A stretch of 64,000 nucleotides of DNA from Candidatus Dechloromonas phosphorivorans (GTDB taxonomy: Bacteria; Pseudomonadota; Gammaproteobacteria; Burkholderiales; Rhodocyclaceae), in assembly GCA_016714975.1 (NCBI GenBank), contig JADKBR010000001.1, positions 635,074-699,073 of the forward strand, written 5' to 3'. Numbering within the stretch: position 1 is the stretch's first letter; each line of letters opens with the position of its first letter. Under the pieces are notes generated by a model, which did no database searches, was not told the DNA's origin, and saw only the letters and a program-made list of their open reading frames with translations. The position numbers and the translations under genes were made by a program. Positions 18,361 to 27,634 of the stretch are shown here, one piece after another.

Positions 18361-21111
18361 TCAGAACATGCCGCCTATCCTGTTCACCAGCTCCCGCCCG
18401 CCGGACTCCGCCGTATTGGCAACCTCCGTGGTCACCTTGGTCACCTCGTTCTTCATCGTCTCGCGGGTCGCATTGTCCTTGACAGATTCCACGCCCTTGG
18501 CAATCTCACGAACCAGGCCATTCTTTTCCGCCTCGGCCCGAACCCAGGCTGGCGCATCGACCGCCGCATAGCGAGTGGCCGCACCGACCGCATTGGCGAC
18601 TTCGGCTTCCAGCTGGTTAATGCGCTCCTGGACCTTGCCCCGAATTTCCCCGGGTACCCGCCCCGCGTCCATCTGGCCACGCAGGTCTTCAAGCTGTTGC
18701 CGCTTGTTTTCCATATCGCGCATCAGGTCATTGAAGAAGGCGTCACCGGTATCGACCAGGCCGCCCGGCACCCGGACATTGCCCGGCACTTTCAGAATGT
18801 CGCTGAGGCTGGACAGCGATTCGCGGAAGAACTTGCTGTAATTTTCCTGCAACTGAATTTCCGGAATGATCTTGTTGAACTTGAATTCATCGAGCGACAG
18901 TTCGAAGGGCTTGATCACCTTCACCGGCAGCAGGCCTTCGGGCAGCCGGGCACGAATATCGGGCAGGCGCAATTCGGGTTCCTCGCGGTCGCTTTCGTCG
19001 TTGTCGTCGATCCAGTAGGGCAAGGCCAGATCGCCGATCACGGCGCCACTGTCGTCGTAACAAAGCACAAAGGTGCCGCCTGGCGCGGCACCGCCAAAGT
19101 GGCTCAGGCCGGGATGCTCGGCGATCATGTTGGTGAACAGCAGGCGGTCCTTCTGGTCGTCCTCCCGTTTTTTCAGGATGTCGCCGAGCCAGTCCACCCA
19201 AAGGTGCGATTTCGAGCCAAAAATGCTATCGACCGGCGACATCGTGTCGTTGCGGATGATGTCGCCCAGGCCGGCCTTGGCCCGCGTTGCCCCAAGCACC
19301 GCCTCATCGAGCGGCGCCTTCCAGTTGCCGGAAACCTGGGCAAAAGCCTTGTAGGTCCGTGCCCCGAGCATACCCGACTGCTCGTCGGCCCCGAACAGGT
19401 CGGTCTTGGCCTTGCTCAGCGTCGCCCGAGCCTCTTCCATCGGCCGCACCCGATCGGCGTTCAGCACATTGCCGCCCGGTTTCAGGATGGCATTGCCGGC
19501 CGACTTGATGTCGCCGATCAGACGGGTGCTGAATTCGAGGCTCTCGTGCAGATGACCCGCGATATCCTTGCGCAACAGGTAATGCAGGCTGTGCAGGCTG
19601 TTCTTCTTGAATTTCGGGCCACGGAAGACGAGATCGCGCCGGTTATACAACTGCACGCTCATCACCGCAATCGGCAGATTGCGCTCGCGGACCAGGCGCT
19701 CGATGGCCGGCTCGGCATCCTCGACCTTCATGCCGAGGTGGCCTTCGATCCGGAAGAAATCGTGTTCGCCGAGATCGCGCTCGAAGGGATCATCGCCTTC
19801 GCCGCCCGGCACCGGCGTCCAGTGGTAGCCGAAATTGTCGTCCGTTTCGTCGCGCCGCAGGCGCGGCTCGTTCCATTGCAGGCGGATCGCATCGCTGCGA
19901 CCGGCGGCGTAGTAGCAAGGCACCGCCCGCCGTTCGAGCGGAAAATACTCGCTCTTGCTGGGGACGATCTTGGGCAGCGGCCGCGCCGTCGCCGGCAAGG
20001 CAAAGCTGGCGATCATCGTCCCCAGCTTGCCGAGCAGGAAGGCGAGGCGCTGCCGGGAAGCATTGCCCCCGGCCAGCCAGAGGGCCGGATAGCTGCCGGT
20101 CCGCAGCAGGGCCGGCTCGGCCAGCGCGCCGAGCAGCAGATGCTTGGGGAAAGCCCCGGCCTCCGGGCAGAGCACGCCGCTATCGGCAAACAGCGCCTCG
20201 CGCAGCTCGCCCCAGGTGACAACCAGATCCTTCAGGAAGGCGTGGTAGTACTGGACACCGAAGCGGCTTTCGCCAACCGCCTTGTCAATGCGCTCCAGCG
20301 TTGCCAGCCAGCGGGTCGGCGTCGGCAGGTCATCCGGCCAGGCACGGCCGAAAGCGCGTTGCAGCGCACTGATCGCCTTCTGCGCATCGCCCAGCGTCGT
20401 CGCACAGGCCGTACGGTAGCGGGCCAGGAAGACTTCAGCCGTGGTGATAGCCTGCTTGTCCTTGACGGGGGTGCCCAGCTGGACGCGGGCGGCGACCAGG
20501 CGGGGCAGGCGGCGGGCAATGTCGGCACCGGTCAGCAGGCGACCATCCAGTTTCTCCGCCGCCTCCCGGCCGATCAGCAGAAAGCGCTGGGTGTTGTGGG
20601 CCATGCGGCCACGATTGTCGCAATCGCCGCCGGTGCACAGGTCGGGATCGTTCTCGTAGCTTTCCATGAAGGCAAGCATGACGAAATCCTGCAGGCGGTC
20701 GCCCAACTCTTCCAGCGGCCTGCCCTCGCGCTTGTCGTTGGGGTTGGCCGGCAGCAGTTCGAGCAAGGGCAACATCTTGCCTTCGACATAGAAGGGGTCG
20801 TAGGCCGGGGCGCTCTCATCGTAGGCCAGGAAATGCGTGAATGTGCGCTCACCGGGCAGGCCGAGCAGGTCGCCGTCGGTGGTGACGCCGACGCCTTTGC
20901 TCACCGAGACGACACCTTTGCCGACACTGGCCTGCAAGCCGCCGACGATGCCGACACCGAGCAACTGGGTCCGGGTCAGCCGCCCCTGATCGTCGAGATA
21001 TTCGGCGAGGCTGTTGAGCTGATCGTGGGTCAGCACCTGATCGTGCTCGAAAACAGCGTAGTCGGTGGTGACTGCTTCGAGGCGGCGGATGATTTTAAGG
21101 GGATCGGCCAT
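18361..21111 (-). CDS. eCIS Afp13/Pvc13-position protein (putative tail fibre / baseplate appendage)
   Basis: N-terminal FEHDQVLTHDQLN...RLTRTQLLGVGIVGGL...SKGVGVTTDGDLL typical of eCIS fibre-attachment domains; C-terminal coiled coil; sits between baseplate and tape measure genes. Confidence 0.6.
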   Translation of the reverse strand: MADPLKIIRRLEAVTTDYAVFEHDQVLTHDQLNSLAEYLDDQGRLTRTQLLGVGIVGGLQASVGKGVVSVSKGVGVTTDGDLLGLPGERTFTHFLAYDESAPAYDPFYVEGKMLPLLELLPANPNDKREGRPLEELGDRLQDFVMLAFMESYENDPDLCTGGDCDNRGRMAHNTQRFLLIGREAAEKLDGRLLTGADIARRLPRLVAARVQLGTPVKDKQAITTAEVFLARYRTACATTLGDAQKAISALQRAFGRAWPDDLPTPTRWLATLERIDKAVGESRFGVQYYHAFLKDLVVTWGELREALFADSGVLCPEAGAFPKHLLLGALAEPALLRTGSYPALWLAGGNASRQRLAFLLGKLGTMIASFALPATARPLPKIVPSKSEYFPLERRAVPCYYAAGRSDAIRLQWNEPRLRRDETDDNFGYHWTPVPGGEGDDPFERDLGEHDFFRIEGHLGMKVEDAEPAIERLVRERNLPIAVMSVQLYNRRDLVFRGPKFKKNSLHSLHYLLRKDIAGHLHESLEFSTRLIGDIKSAGNAILKPGGNVLNADRVRPMEEARATLSKAKTDLFGADEQSGMLGARTYKAFAQVSGNWKAPLDEAVLGATRAKAGLGDIIRNDTMSPVDSIFGSKSHLWVDWLGDILKKREDDQKDRLLFTNMIAEHPGLSHFGGAAPGGTFVLCYDDSGAVIGDLALPYWIDDNDESDREEPELRLPDIRARLPEGLLPVKVIKPFELSLDEFKFNKIIPEIQLQENYSKFFRESLSSLSDILKVPGNVRVPGGLVDTGDAFFNDLMRDMENKRQQLEDLRGQMDAGRVPGEIRGKVQERINQLEAEVANAVGAATRYAAVDAPAWVRAEAEKNGLVREIAKGVESVKDNATRETMKNEVTKVTTEVANTAESGGRELVNRIGGMF

Positions 21112-21125
21112 GGTCGGGCTCCCGG

Positions 21126-23741
21126 TTAGGATTCGATGAGATCGTCCGCACTGCCCAGGGCGGTGCGACCGAGGACGAAAGGTGGCGGTTCGAGCTGGCC
21201 GCAGGGGTGCAGGCCGCTACTCGGGTAGATATTCTTGGCGTGGGTCAGCGCCCGGTTCAGCGCCGCGATCTTGGCCGCGCGGTTGGCCGTCGCCGCCCCG
21301 GCACGGATGGCCAGCCAGTCGCGATAGGCTTTCTCGATCACCGCCATGTCGCCGCTATTGACCCAGCAGATACGCGGCAGGATGTGGGCCGGCATTTCCA
21401 GGCGCAGGGTTTCCTCGACGAAGCGGCGGAAATCCATGTCGCGGAAACGCCCGGTGAAGGCCGGCAGAACAACCGTGACGCGGTAGCTGTACGGGTCGAC
21501 CTCGGCGCAATCGGTGCAGGCCTGATCGACGCAGATATCCATGAAGGGGTCGCCCGCCTGCGCGGGCAGCAGCAGGATGTGTTCGATGACGTACAAACCC
21601 TCGCCACTGTAATAGCTGCGCAGGTGGGCAATCAGCAATGAAATTGCGCTTTCCAGCGCGTCGACCGTGGCGAAATACTCGATGCGCCGGGCGATGACTT
21701 CGCCGCTGGCATCGACGATATTGAAGTAATGGCGGCCGTCGCTGCTTGTCTTGCGCTGGTAGCCTTCCGGTCGCTGGGCACGGGCGATGGCGGCCTCCAT
21801 TTCGGTCCGCGCCTGTGCCGGGCTGGCGTAGTTGGTGCTGCTCGACAGCAGGATCTTGCCGTCGACCGGGTGCCTGACACGAAAACGGAATTCATCGCCC
21901 GGCGTCTTGTCGACTTCCGGGTAGGTGTCGTAGGCGACTTCGGAGAGGTTGCGACGCTGGAAATTGCCGATGTCGAGCAGGCGAGCGATGCGCTTCTCAA
22001 AGCCGGAAACGTTGTCGCTGTTCCACAGCTTGTCCGCCGCCTGCAGCGACGCGTCGTAAGCCAGCCCGCGTTCGCCGCCAAGTGCCGGCAAGTCCTGGAG
22101 GAAATGGCATTTGGCGATCGCCGCTTGATCCGGCCCCATGCCGAATCGCGACTGCATGATCGCCACGTATTCGTGAAAATCCTCGGCGTAGCGCGCCAGC
22201 AGGTGATCGAGAAAGCGGTTGCGACGCAGAATACCGCCATTGCCCGGTTCGACCACCTCGTCGGCCAGCGCTTCGGCCGTGAAGCCGGCGCCGTAGATTT
22301 TCTGCCAGTCAGGGAAGCTATCGACCAGCTGGCTGAAATAGGTCTGACCGAGATCAGGGCGCATCGAGAACAAGTCCCGGACATGGGCCAGTTGCGCCAG
22401 ATAATTGGCCATGATCTGGTCGAAGAATAGCAGCCAGGCCTTGAACTGCAGGGCCTGTGCCGCCCGCGGTGGCGTCGCGCCATCCGGCAGGCCCTGCTCG
22501 GAAAGACCGTAGATGACCGGGAATTCATGCTGGAAGGAACGGTAGCGCGCCGGGTCGCGGAAGCGCCCGAGCGGCAGGGCGAGATCGTCCCGGTGCTCGC
22601 TTTCCAGCTTCTTGCGTTCTGCGGTGCGCAGATCGTCGAGCAGGCTGCCCACCCGAGCCGCATTGGGCGGAATCGGCAGATTGCGCTTGTAGAAGACCAG
22701 CCGCCCGCACTGCGCGCACAGGCGCGGCTGCCTGCCGGGGGGCACGGGCAGGCGCCATTTGTCTTCCGGCTCGCGAGCCTTCAGTTTGTCGTCGACCATC
22801 TCCATCGCATTCATCACGATGTCGCGAATCGCCACCACGCCGGGAATATCCATGATCACGCTGATCACGTCGGACAACCGGACTTCGGTTTTCAGGCCGG
22901 CAGCAGCCAGTTCCTCGTCATCGATGAAGCCGTTGTCCAGCGCCGGGCCTTCAAAGATTTCCGGCACCTTCCAGCGCGAACCGTCGGCATGAGTTTTGTC
23001 CAGCATTTCGGCCAGCCGGTAGTTGGCCACCGGCGGCGCCAGGGAGCGGTCGACGGCAAAGGCAATGTCGGCCGCCACCTGATCGGCATCTGCCGCCAGC
23101 GACAGGTCGATCTCGGCGCACAAACTGAAATACTGCGAGCCAACCGCTGCAACCCCGACGAAATCGTCACCCAGCCCACGATTAGCCTGCAAGGTAGCCA
23201 TCACCTGCTTGTCGACGTCGGCCCGCTGTTGGGCGGTACTGACCTGATCCATGTACTCGACCAGGGCCGTGTAGCGGCCGCGCACCGTCACCTCGATCTC
23301 GGCCGGCTTGCCGGTCGGCGTCGCCGACAGGGTGCCTTCGGCCGGATTGGCATACAGCACATGCGGTGCCGGCTGCAGCCAGGCGTTCTTGACATCCTTC
23401 AGGTCGATCAGCAGCTTTCGGTAATCGGCTTCGGTCACCGCCTTGCCAGGCAAGATGCGCCGGGCGCTGAAGAACTGCTCGGCCATCGCTGCCGCACTGG
23501 CCGCCGCATCGCCGGGAATGGCCAATAGATCTTCGAGCGGATGGCGGCTACGGTAAGCAAGATCGGTCAGCGCGTAAGCAAGCAATTCCAGCGTCGTGAT
23601 GCCGGGGTCGTGGATGTTGTGGTCAGTCCATTGCCGCCGCGACAGCCGGCGCACATGATCCAGCCCGAGCGCGAACAACTGCTTCTGGTCAAGGGCCGGG
23701 TCGGCTTCCGGAAGGGGTGAGATGGTCGGATGCAGCAACAT
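21126..23741 (-). CDS. eCIS baseplate protein (Afp12-like)
   Basis: WTDHNIHDPGITTLELLAYALTDLAYR, TEADYRKLLID, EGLYVIEHILL, DPYSYRVTVVLP, ETLRLEMPAHI motifs. Confidence 0.85.
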   Translation of the reverse strand: MLLHPTISPLPEADPALDQKQLFALGLDHVRRLSRRQWTDHNIHDPGITTLELLAYALTDLAYRSRHPLEDLLAIPGDAAASAAAMAEQFFSARRILPGKAVTEADYRKLLIDLKDVKNAWLQPAPHVLYANPAEGTLSATPTGKPAEIEVTVRGRYTALVEYMDQVSTAQQRADVDKQVMATLQANRGLGDDFVGVAAVGSQYFSLCAEIDLSLAADADQVAADIAFAVDRSLAPPVANYRLAEMLDKTHADGSRWKVPEIFEGPALDNGFIDDEELAAAGLKTEVRLSDVISVIMDIPGVVAIRDIVMNAMEMVDDKLKAREPEDKWRLPVPPGRQPRLCAQCGRLVFYKRNLPIPPNAARVGSLLDDLRTAERKKLESEHRDDLALPLGRFRDPARYRSFQHEFPVIYGLSEQGLPDGATPPRAAQALQFKAWLLFFDQIMANYLAQLAHVRDLFSMRPDLGQTYFSQLVDSFPDWQKIYGAGFTAEALADEVVEPGNGGILRRNRFLDHLLARYAEDFHEYVAIMQSRFGMGPDQAAIAKCHFLQDLPALGGERGLAYDASLQAADKLWNSDNVSGFEKRIARLLDIGNFQRRNLSEVAYDTYPEVDKTPGDEFRFRVRHPVDGKILLSSSTNYASPAQARTEMEAAIARAQRPEGYQRKTSSDGRHYFNIVDASGEVIARRIEYFATVDALESAISLLIAHLRSYYSGEGLYVIEHILLLPAQAGDPFMDICVDQACTDCAEVDPYSYRVTVVLPAFTGRFRDMDFRRFVEETLRLEMPAHILPRICWVNSGDMAVIEKAYRDWLAIRAGAATANRAAKIAALNRALTHAKNIYPSSGLHPCGQLEPPPFVLGRTALGSADDLIES

Positions 23742-23754
23742 GGCAGGCTTTCGG

Positions 23755-26700
23755 TCAGGGTGCTTCGGCGATCAGGTGCCGGGCAGCCGAGACCAGAATG
23801 GCATCGGGACGGTCAACGGTAATTTCGGCCGCATCGTTGAGCAGCAGGTCACCAGGGCCGGCCAGGCCGCAGCGGAAATCGGTGACGAAATCGACATAGG
23901 GCAGTTCCTCGACAAGATCGAGTAGCACCGAGCGGTAGAGCCGCCCGCCGAACTGCAGCGGCACATCACTGCTAAATGCCCAGGGCGACAGGGCCTGCAC
24001 CAAGGAATCGTGCAATTGCCGGCGGGTGTAATCGAAGGGATAACCGGGGCGGAAGCGCACCTTGAAATCTAGCCGGATTTCGATGAACTCGGCGTTGCGC
24101 ACCCGGACCGTGAGCTGCGGGGCGGCGTGCGCTCTTGCCAGTTCGGCCATTTGCGTCAACGTATCGAGATCGACGCGAGGTCGCAGCGGGTCGGGCGCGT
24201 TCTGGTTGCGCAGGTCGGGAATGGCGACGATCAGCACATTGCCCGGCGCCATCCATGACTTGTCGCTGGCGTGCGGAATGCACTTGATGCGATGCACTGC
24301 GGGAAAGGCTTCGAGCAGCAGACGCTCGTAGTCCCAGGGCGTGACGCAGCGCTGACGATGGCGCAGACGCTCGGCAGCGCGCCGGTTGCGCATCGCCTCG
24401 GTTTCGGCCGCCCGCCCGCCAAAGGTGGCGTAGGGCTGGGTCAGCTGCTTCAACGCTGGCGGTGGCGACTGCAATTTGGCGATGCTGCCGGCGGGCAGGG
24501 TTTCGGCTTGGGGCGCAAGCGCCTCTGCCGGCCAGACCCGCACGACCTCGACGGCATTGGGCAGCACGTCGAGCAGCCGGCAGCTTGCTGCACTGTGTTC
24601 CGGCACCGAGGCCTTGAGCCAGACCTGCCCGGGCGGCAGCCAGGTATTGCCGGTGGTGACATGGCGTCCGAGCACGATGCCGATGATGCCGCTGGCACGC
24701 AATGAGCGCGTCGTGTCGAGGGCCATCTCTTCGGGCGCAACCGGCCGCCAGTAATTGTCGCAAAGTACTGACCAGCGGACGATTTGCGCCGGCAGTTCGG
24801 GGTCGGCGCTGCCTTCGGCGACCTGCAGCAGCAGGTGGATGCTGTCGCCGGCATCGCCGCCGGTGAGTCCGACGATGAATTCAGCCTCGTCGGGGAAGGC
24901 CGGCAGCAGGCCGACCGCCTTGTCGACCACCCAGTCGTACTGGGCGCGCAGGAATGGATGCTCGCGCCGCTGGCCGAAGGGGCCAACGTGGAAGAACTGC
25001 AGGTCGAGGCCGGCCACGAAAGCCGCCTCATCGCGCTGGCTCAGGCCTATCGTCGGCGAACTGGCAGCGTAACTCAGCGAGATTTCCTGAACCTGCGGCG
25101 CCCAGGGTTCGTTGAGCACGGTCGTATTCGCCGGAATCTTGGCCAGCCGTATCGTCTCCTTGCGATACTCGGCGTGCAGGAAATCGTCGACCAGCGCGAC
25201 GGTGACAAATCCCGCCCGGACCGGTGGTGGCGGCAGGTTTTCGCGCAGGTAAACCGGCTGCGCCCTCAGGTAGCGATCAGCGAACAACTTCCCGAAAGTG
25301 CTTCCTGCCGACACCAGCGAATAGAGCAAACTGCTTTGCGTAGCTGGCGAGTAAGCACTCACCGGCGGCGAACTCGGACTGAGCGTGGTAACGACATCGA
25401 CCCGGTCCATCAGATCCAGCTCGCGGCTGGTCGCCTTGCCGCTGCGGTCGGCATAGACGAGGCGGGCCGATACGCCGTTATTCATGGCCGACACGCTCGG
25501 GTAGTTCGCGTACCAGCTCGCCAGATTTGCCGGTGCCCCCTGCCAGCGCAGGCTGATGCTGAGATCGGAGAGCTGCTTGCTCAAGGCCTCCTCGCAACCG
25601 ATCATGAAGCGCGCGCCCTTGACCGGCTGTGGCCCGAAGGGCAGGAAGGTCTTTTTAGGATTCAGCGCGCCGTGGTCATTCTCCAGGCTCAGGCCGCGCA
25701 CGCCCTTCGCCGTCACCCGCAGCGCCGCCTGATCAACGCGCAGACGGGCAAGACTGGCATAGCTGTCAGCGGCTTCGGGACGAATCAACAGTTGCACGAT
25801 CGGCGCGTCGGTGGCAAAGGCACTGCCATGGAGACTCGGGTCGTAAGCAACAACCGCTGGCTCACTCTCAGCCATGGCGAAACCCAGCGTCAGTTTTTCC
25901 GCAGCCAACTCGCCATGGAGGGGATACGGGCCGAGCCAGCCCTTTTCGCCGGAAACAAAGGCTTGCAACTGGTCGGCAATGGCCTGCCCATCCTGCCCGG
26001 CCGGCAGGAAACCGAGCGTCAGGTCGATGGCCACCGTCCGCGCCCCTTCGCGCAGGCGCAACACAGGACTGGCCAGTGCAAAACCGACGGGGGCCGCCGG
26101 CAGCTCCGGATGGCCGAAGGCAGACCAGTGCGGTCGCGCCGAATCGAGCGGTGTGCCCAGGCCATCCGCCGAGTTCGCCACCGGCGCGAAGCGCAGACCG
26201 TTGCGGCGATAAATGCTGTGCAATGCCGTCACCCTGCCACGCCCGATGAGCGTTTCCCGCAGAGGCTGGTAAAGGCGCTCGGTGCCGCTCGCGTCCTTGC
26301 CGCCACTAAAGCGGTACTCGGGTGTCACGGCAAAGGGTGCGGCGTTCTTTTTCAGTTCCAGCGTCAGGTGGGCGTGTTCCGGCTGGGCCGGCCGGGCTTC
26401 GAAACCGAGGACGCGGCGATACTGGAAATCGAGATGGTTGCCGGTCAAGGCATTGAGTGCCTCGCCGGCCGGCTTGAGCTGTTCGAGGAAGGCGCCGAAC
26501 AGGCCGAGGTGCGGTGGCACGCCGCCATCGTCGCGGGCCAGCAGTTCGCCGCCATTTTCCGGGAAATAACCCTGCCAGTTGCCATCCTCACGCTTCGGGT
26601 CGAAGCCGTAGTAACGCAGGTGTTCGGCCAGGCGGCGGGCTTCGGCCAGACGCTCGGCCGGCGTCCGGCCGTCGACCGGCGCAAAGGCCGGGTCGAGTTC

Positions 26701-26772
26701 AGGCGGCGAACGCTCATCCTGGCCCTGGCCCAGGCGGACGATCTCGCTGTTCAGGATGCGGTCGCTGGCCAT
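23755..26772 (-). CDS. eCIS baseplate J-like protein (Afp11-like)
   Basis: PHLGLFGAF...LNALTGNHLDFQYRRVL; C-terminal baseplate-J GGRAAET...ERLRHRQRCVTPWDYERLLLEAFP. Confidence 0.88.
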   Translation of the reverse strand: MASDRILNSEIVRLGQGQDERSPPELDPAFAPVDGRTPAERLAEARRLAEHLRYYGFDPKREDGNWQGYFPENGGELLARDDGGVPPHLGLFGAFLEQLKPAGEALNALTGNHLDFQYRRVLGFEARPAQPEHAHLTLELKKNAAPFAVTPEYRFSGGKDASGTERLYQPLRETLIGRGRVTALHSIYRRNGLRFAPVANSADGLGTPLDSARPHWSAFGHPELPAAPVGFALASPVLRLREGARTVAIDLTLGFLPAGQDGQAIADQLQAFVSGEKGWLGPYPLHGELAAEKLTLGFAMAESEPAVVAYDPSLHGSAFATDAPIVQLLIRPEAADSYASLARLRVDQAALRVTAKGVRGLSLENDHGALNPKKTFLPFGPQPVKGARFMIGCEEALSKQLSDLSISLRWQGAPANLASWYANYPSVSAMNNGVSARLVYADRSGKATSRELDLMDRVDVVTTLSPSSPPVSAYSPATQSSLLYSLVSAGSTFGKLFADRYLRAQPVYLRENLPPPPVRAGFVTVALVDDFLHAEYRKETIRLAKIPANTTVLNEPWAPQVQEISLSYAASSPTIGLSQRDEAAFVAGLDLQFFHVGPFGQRREHPFLRAQYDWVVDKAVGLLPAFPDEAEFIVGLTGGDAGDSIHLLLQVAEGSADPELPAQIVRWSVLCDNYWRPVAPEEMALDTTRSLRASGIIGIVLGRHVTTGNTWLPPGQVWLKASVPEHSAASCRLLDVLPNAVEVVRVWPAEALAPQAETLPAGSIAKLQSPPPALKQLTQPYATFGGRAAETEAMRNRRAAERLRHRQRCVTPWDYERLLLEAFPAVHRIKCIPHASDKSWMAPGNVLIVAIPDLRNQNAPDPLRPRVDLDTLTQMAELARAHAAPQLTVRVRNAEFIEIRLDFKVRFRPGYPFDYTRRQLHDSLVQALSPWAFSSDVPLQFGGRLYRSVLLDLVEELPYVDFVTDFRCGLAGPGDLLLNDAAEITVDRPDAILVSAARHLIAEAP

Positions 26773-26781
26773 GCTGCGCGA

Positions 26782-27225
26782 TCAGCCGCCGGCCCCGGCC
26801 ACCGCGGCGCGCAGCTCGTTGCTGTCGGTGCGGTAGAAGGGGAAGACGAGATTGAAACGGGAATTTGTGGCGCGCACGGCGTAGTCGAGCAAGATCTCCA
26901 GCCGGCCGGCGAGCGGGTCAGAGCCGTCGAGGCTGAGGTTGAGCACATTGATGCGCGGTTCGTAGATCAGGATGGCGGTGCGCACGCGGTCGAGCAGCAA
27001 GGTGCGCATGGTCGTGCTCATCGGCTCGAACATCAGCTCGTGCATGTCGAGGCCGTATTTAGGCTCGAAGACGCGTTCGCCGGCGGCAGTGCCGAAGAGC
27101 AGGACCAGGCTTTCGTGGATATCGGCTTCATCGGCCGACATCGCAACGCCGCCGGCGATGAAGTGCGGCGGGAAGCTCCAGCCGGTGCCGAGGAAGGATT
27201 GGTAAAGTTCATTGCCGTCACTCAT
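26782..27225 (-). CDS. gp25/GPW-like baseplate wedge (Afp9-like)
   Basis: FLGTGWSFPP, GERVFEPKYG, YEPRI, TNSRFNLVFPFY; start reassigned to ATG 27225 (MSDGNEL). Confidence 0.92.
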   Translation of the reverse strand: MSDGNELYQSFLGTGWSFPPHFIAGGVAMSADEADIHESLVLLFGTAAGERVFEPKYGLDMHELMFEPMSTTMRTLLLDRVRTAILIYEPRINVLNLSLDGSDPLAGRLEILLDYAVRATNSRFNLVFPFYRTDSNELRAAVAGAGG

Positions 27226-27295
27226 GGTCTGGCTCCATGCCTCCACCCCAAGGGTGCTTCCTCCGCCGCGAAGCAAATCACCTGGCGGGAAGGGG

Positions 27296-27329
27296 CGCGG
27301 TCAACCGGAAAAAATGGCCGAAATTGAAA
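27296..27329 (+). repeat. Dispersed motif copy (intergenic, between PAAR and gp25 genes)
   Basis: CGCGGTCAACCGGAAAAAATGGCCGAAATTGAAA. Confidence 0.8.
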
Positions 27330-27346
27330 TGGGTGGCGCATGGCGT

Positions 27347-27631
27347 TCATCCGATCTGCACCGTCGGTTGCCCGACCGCCGCCGAGGCGCCGCAGACGCA
27401 GGTGTCGCCGACGCGCAGGGCTGGCCGGCCGCCGATCATCACCGTCGAACTGCCGGCGGTGAATGGGCTGACCGTCGGCTGATGACCGCTTGGCGGCAGC
27501 GAACAGGCATGCATGTCACCGAGCACGGCGGCCGGCTTGCCGGCGATCATCACCGTCGCCACGCCCGGCCCGACCACCGTACCCCCGTGGTTGCTGACAT
27601 CTCCGACACAGACTGCTGCGGGCATCGTCAT
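27347..27631 (-). CDS. PAAR spike-tip protein
   Basis: 94 aa; PAAVCVGD, GKPAAVLGD and GRPALRVGD repeats with His/Cys metal ligands; no C-terminal extension. Confidence 0.92.
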   Translation of the reverse strand: MTMPAAVCVGDVSNHGGTVVGPGVATVMIAGKPAAVLGDMHACSLPPSGHQPTVSPFTAGSSTVMIGGRPALRVGDTCVCGASAAVGQPTVQIG

Positions 27632-27634
27632 CTC

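Noticed and set aside
18697-27327. Very long plus-strand ORFs (18697-21129, 810 aa; 24784-27327, 847 aa; also 27212-29164)
   Set aside because: Antisense shadows of well-supported eCIS genes in GC-rich DNA; no recognisable motifs
12159-27329. Dispersed motif as CRISPR repeats or IS ends
   Set aside because: Copies are kilobases apart with no regular spacers or cas genes; no transposase in the window and no target duplications seen
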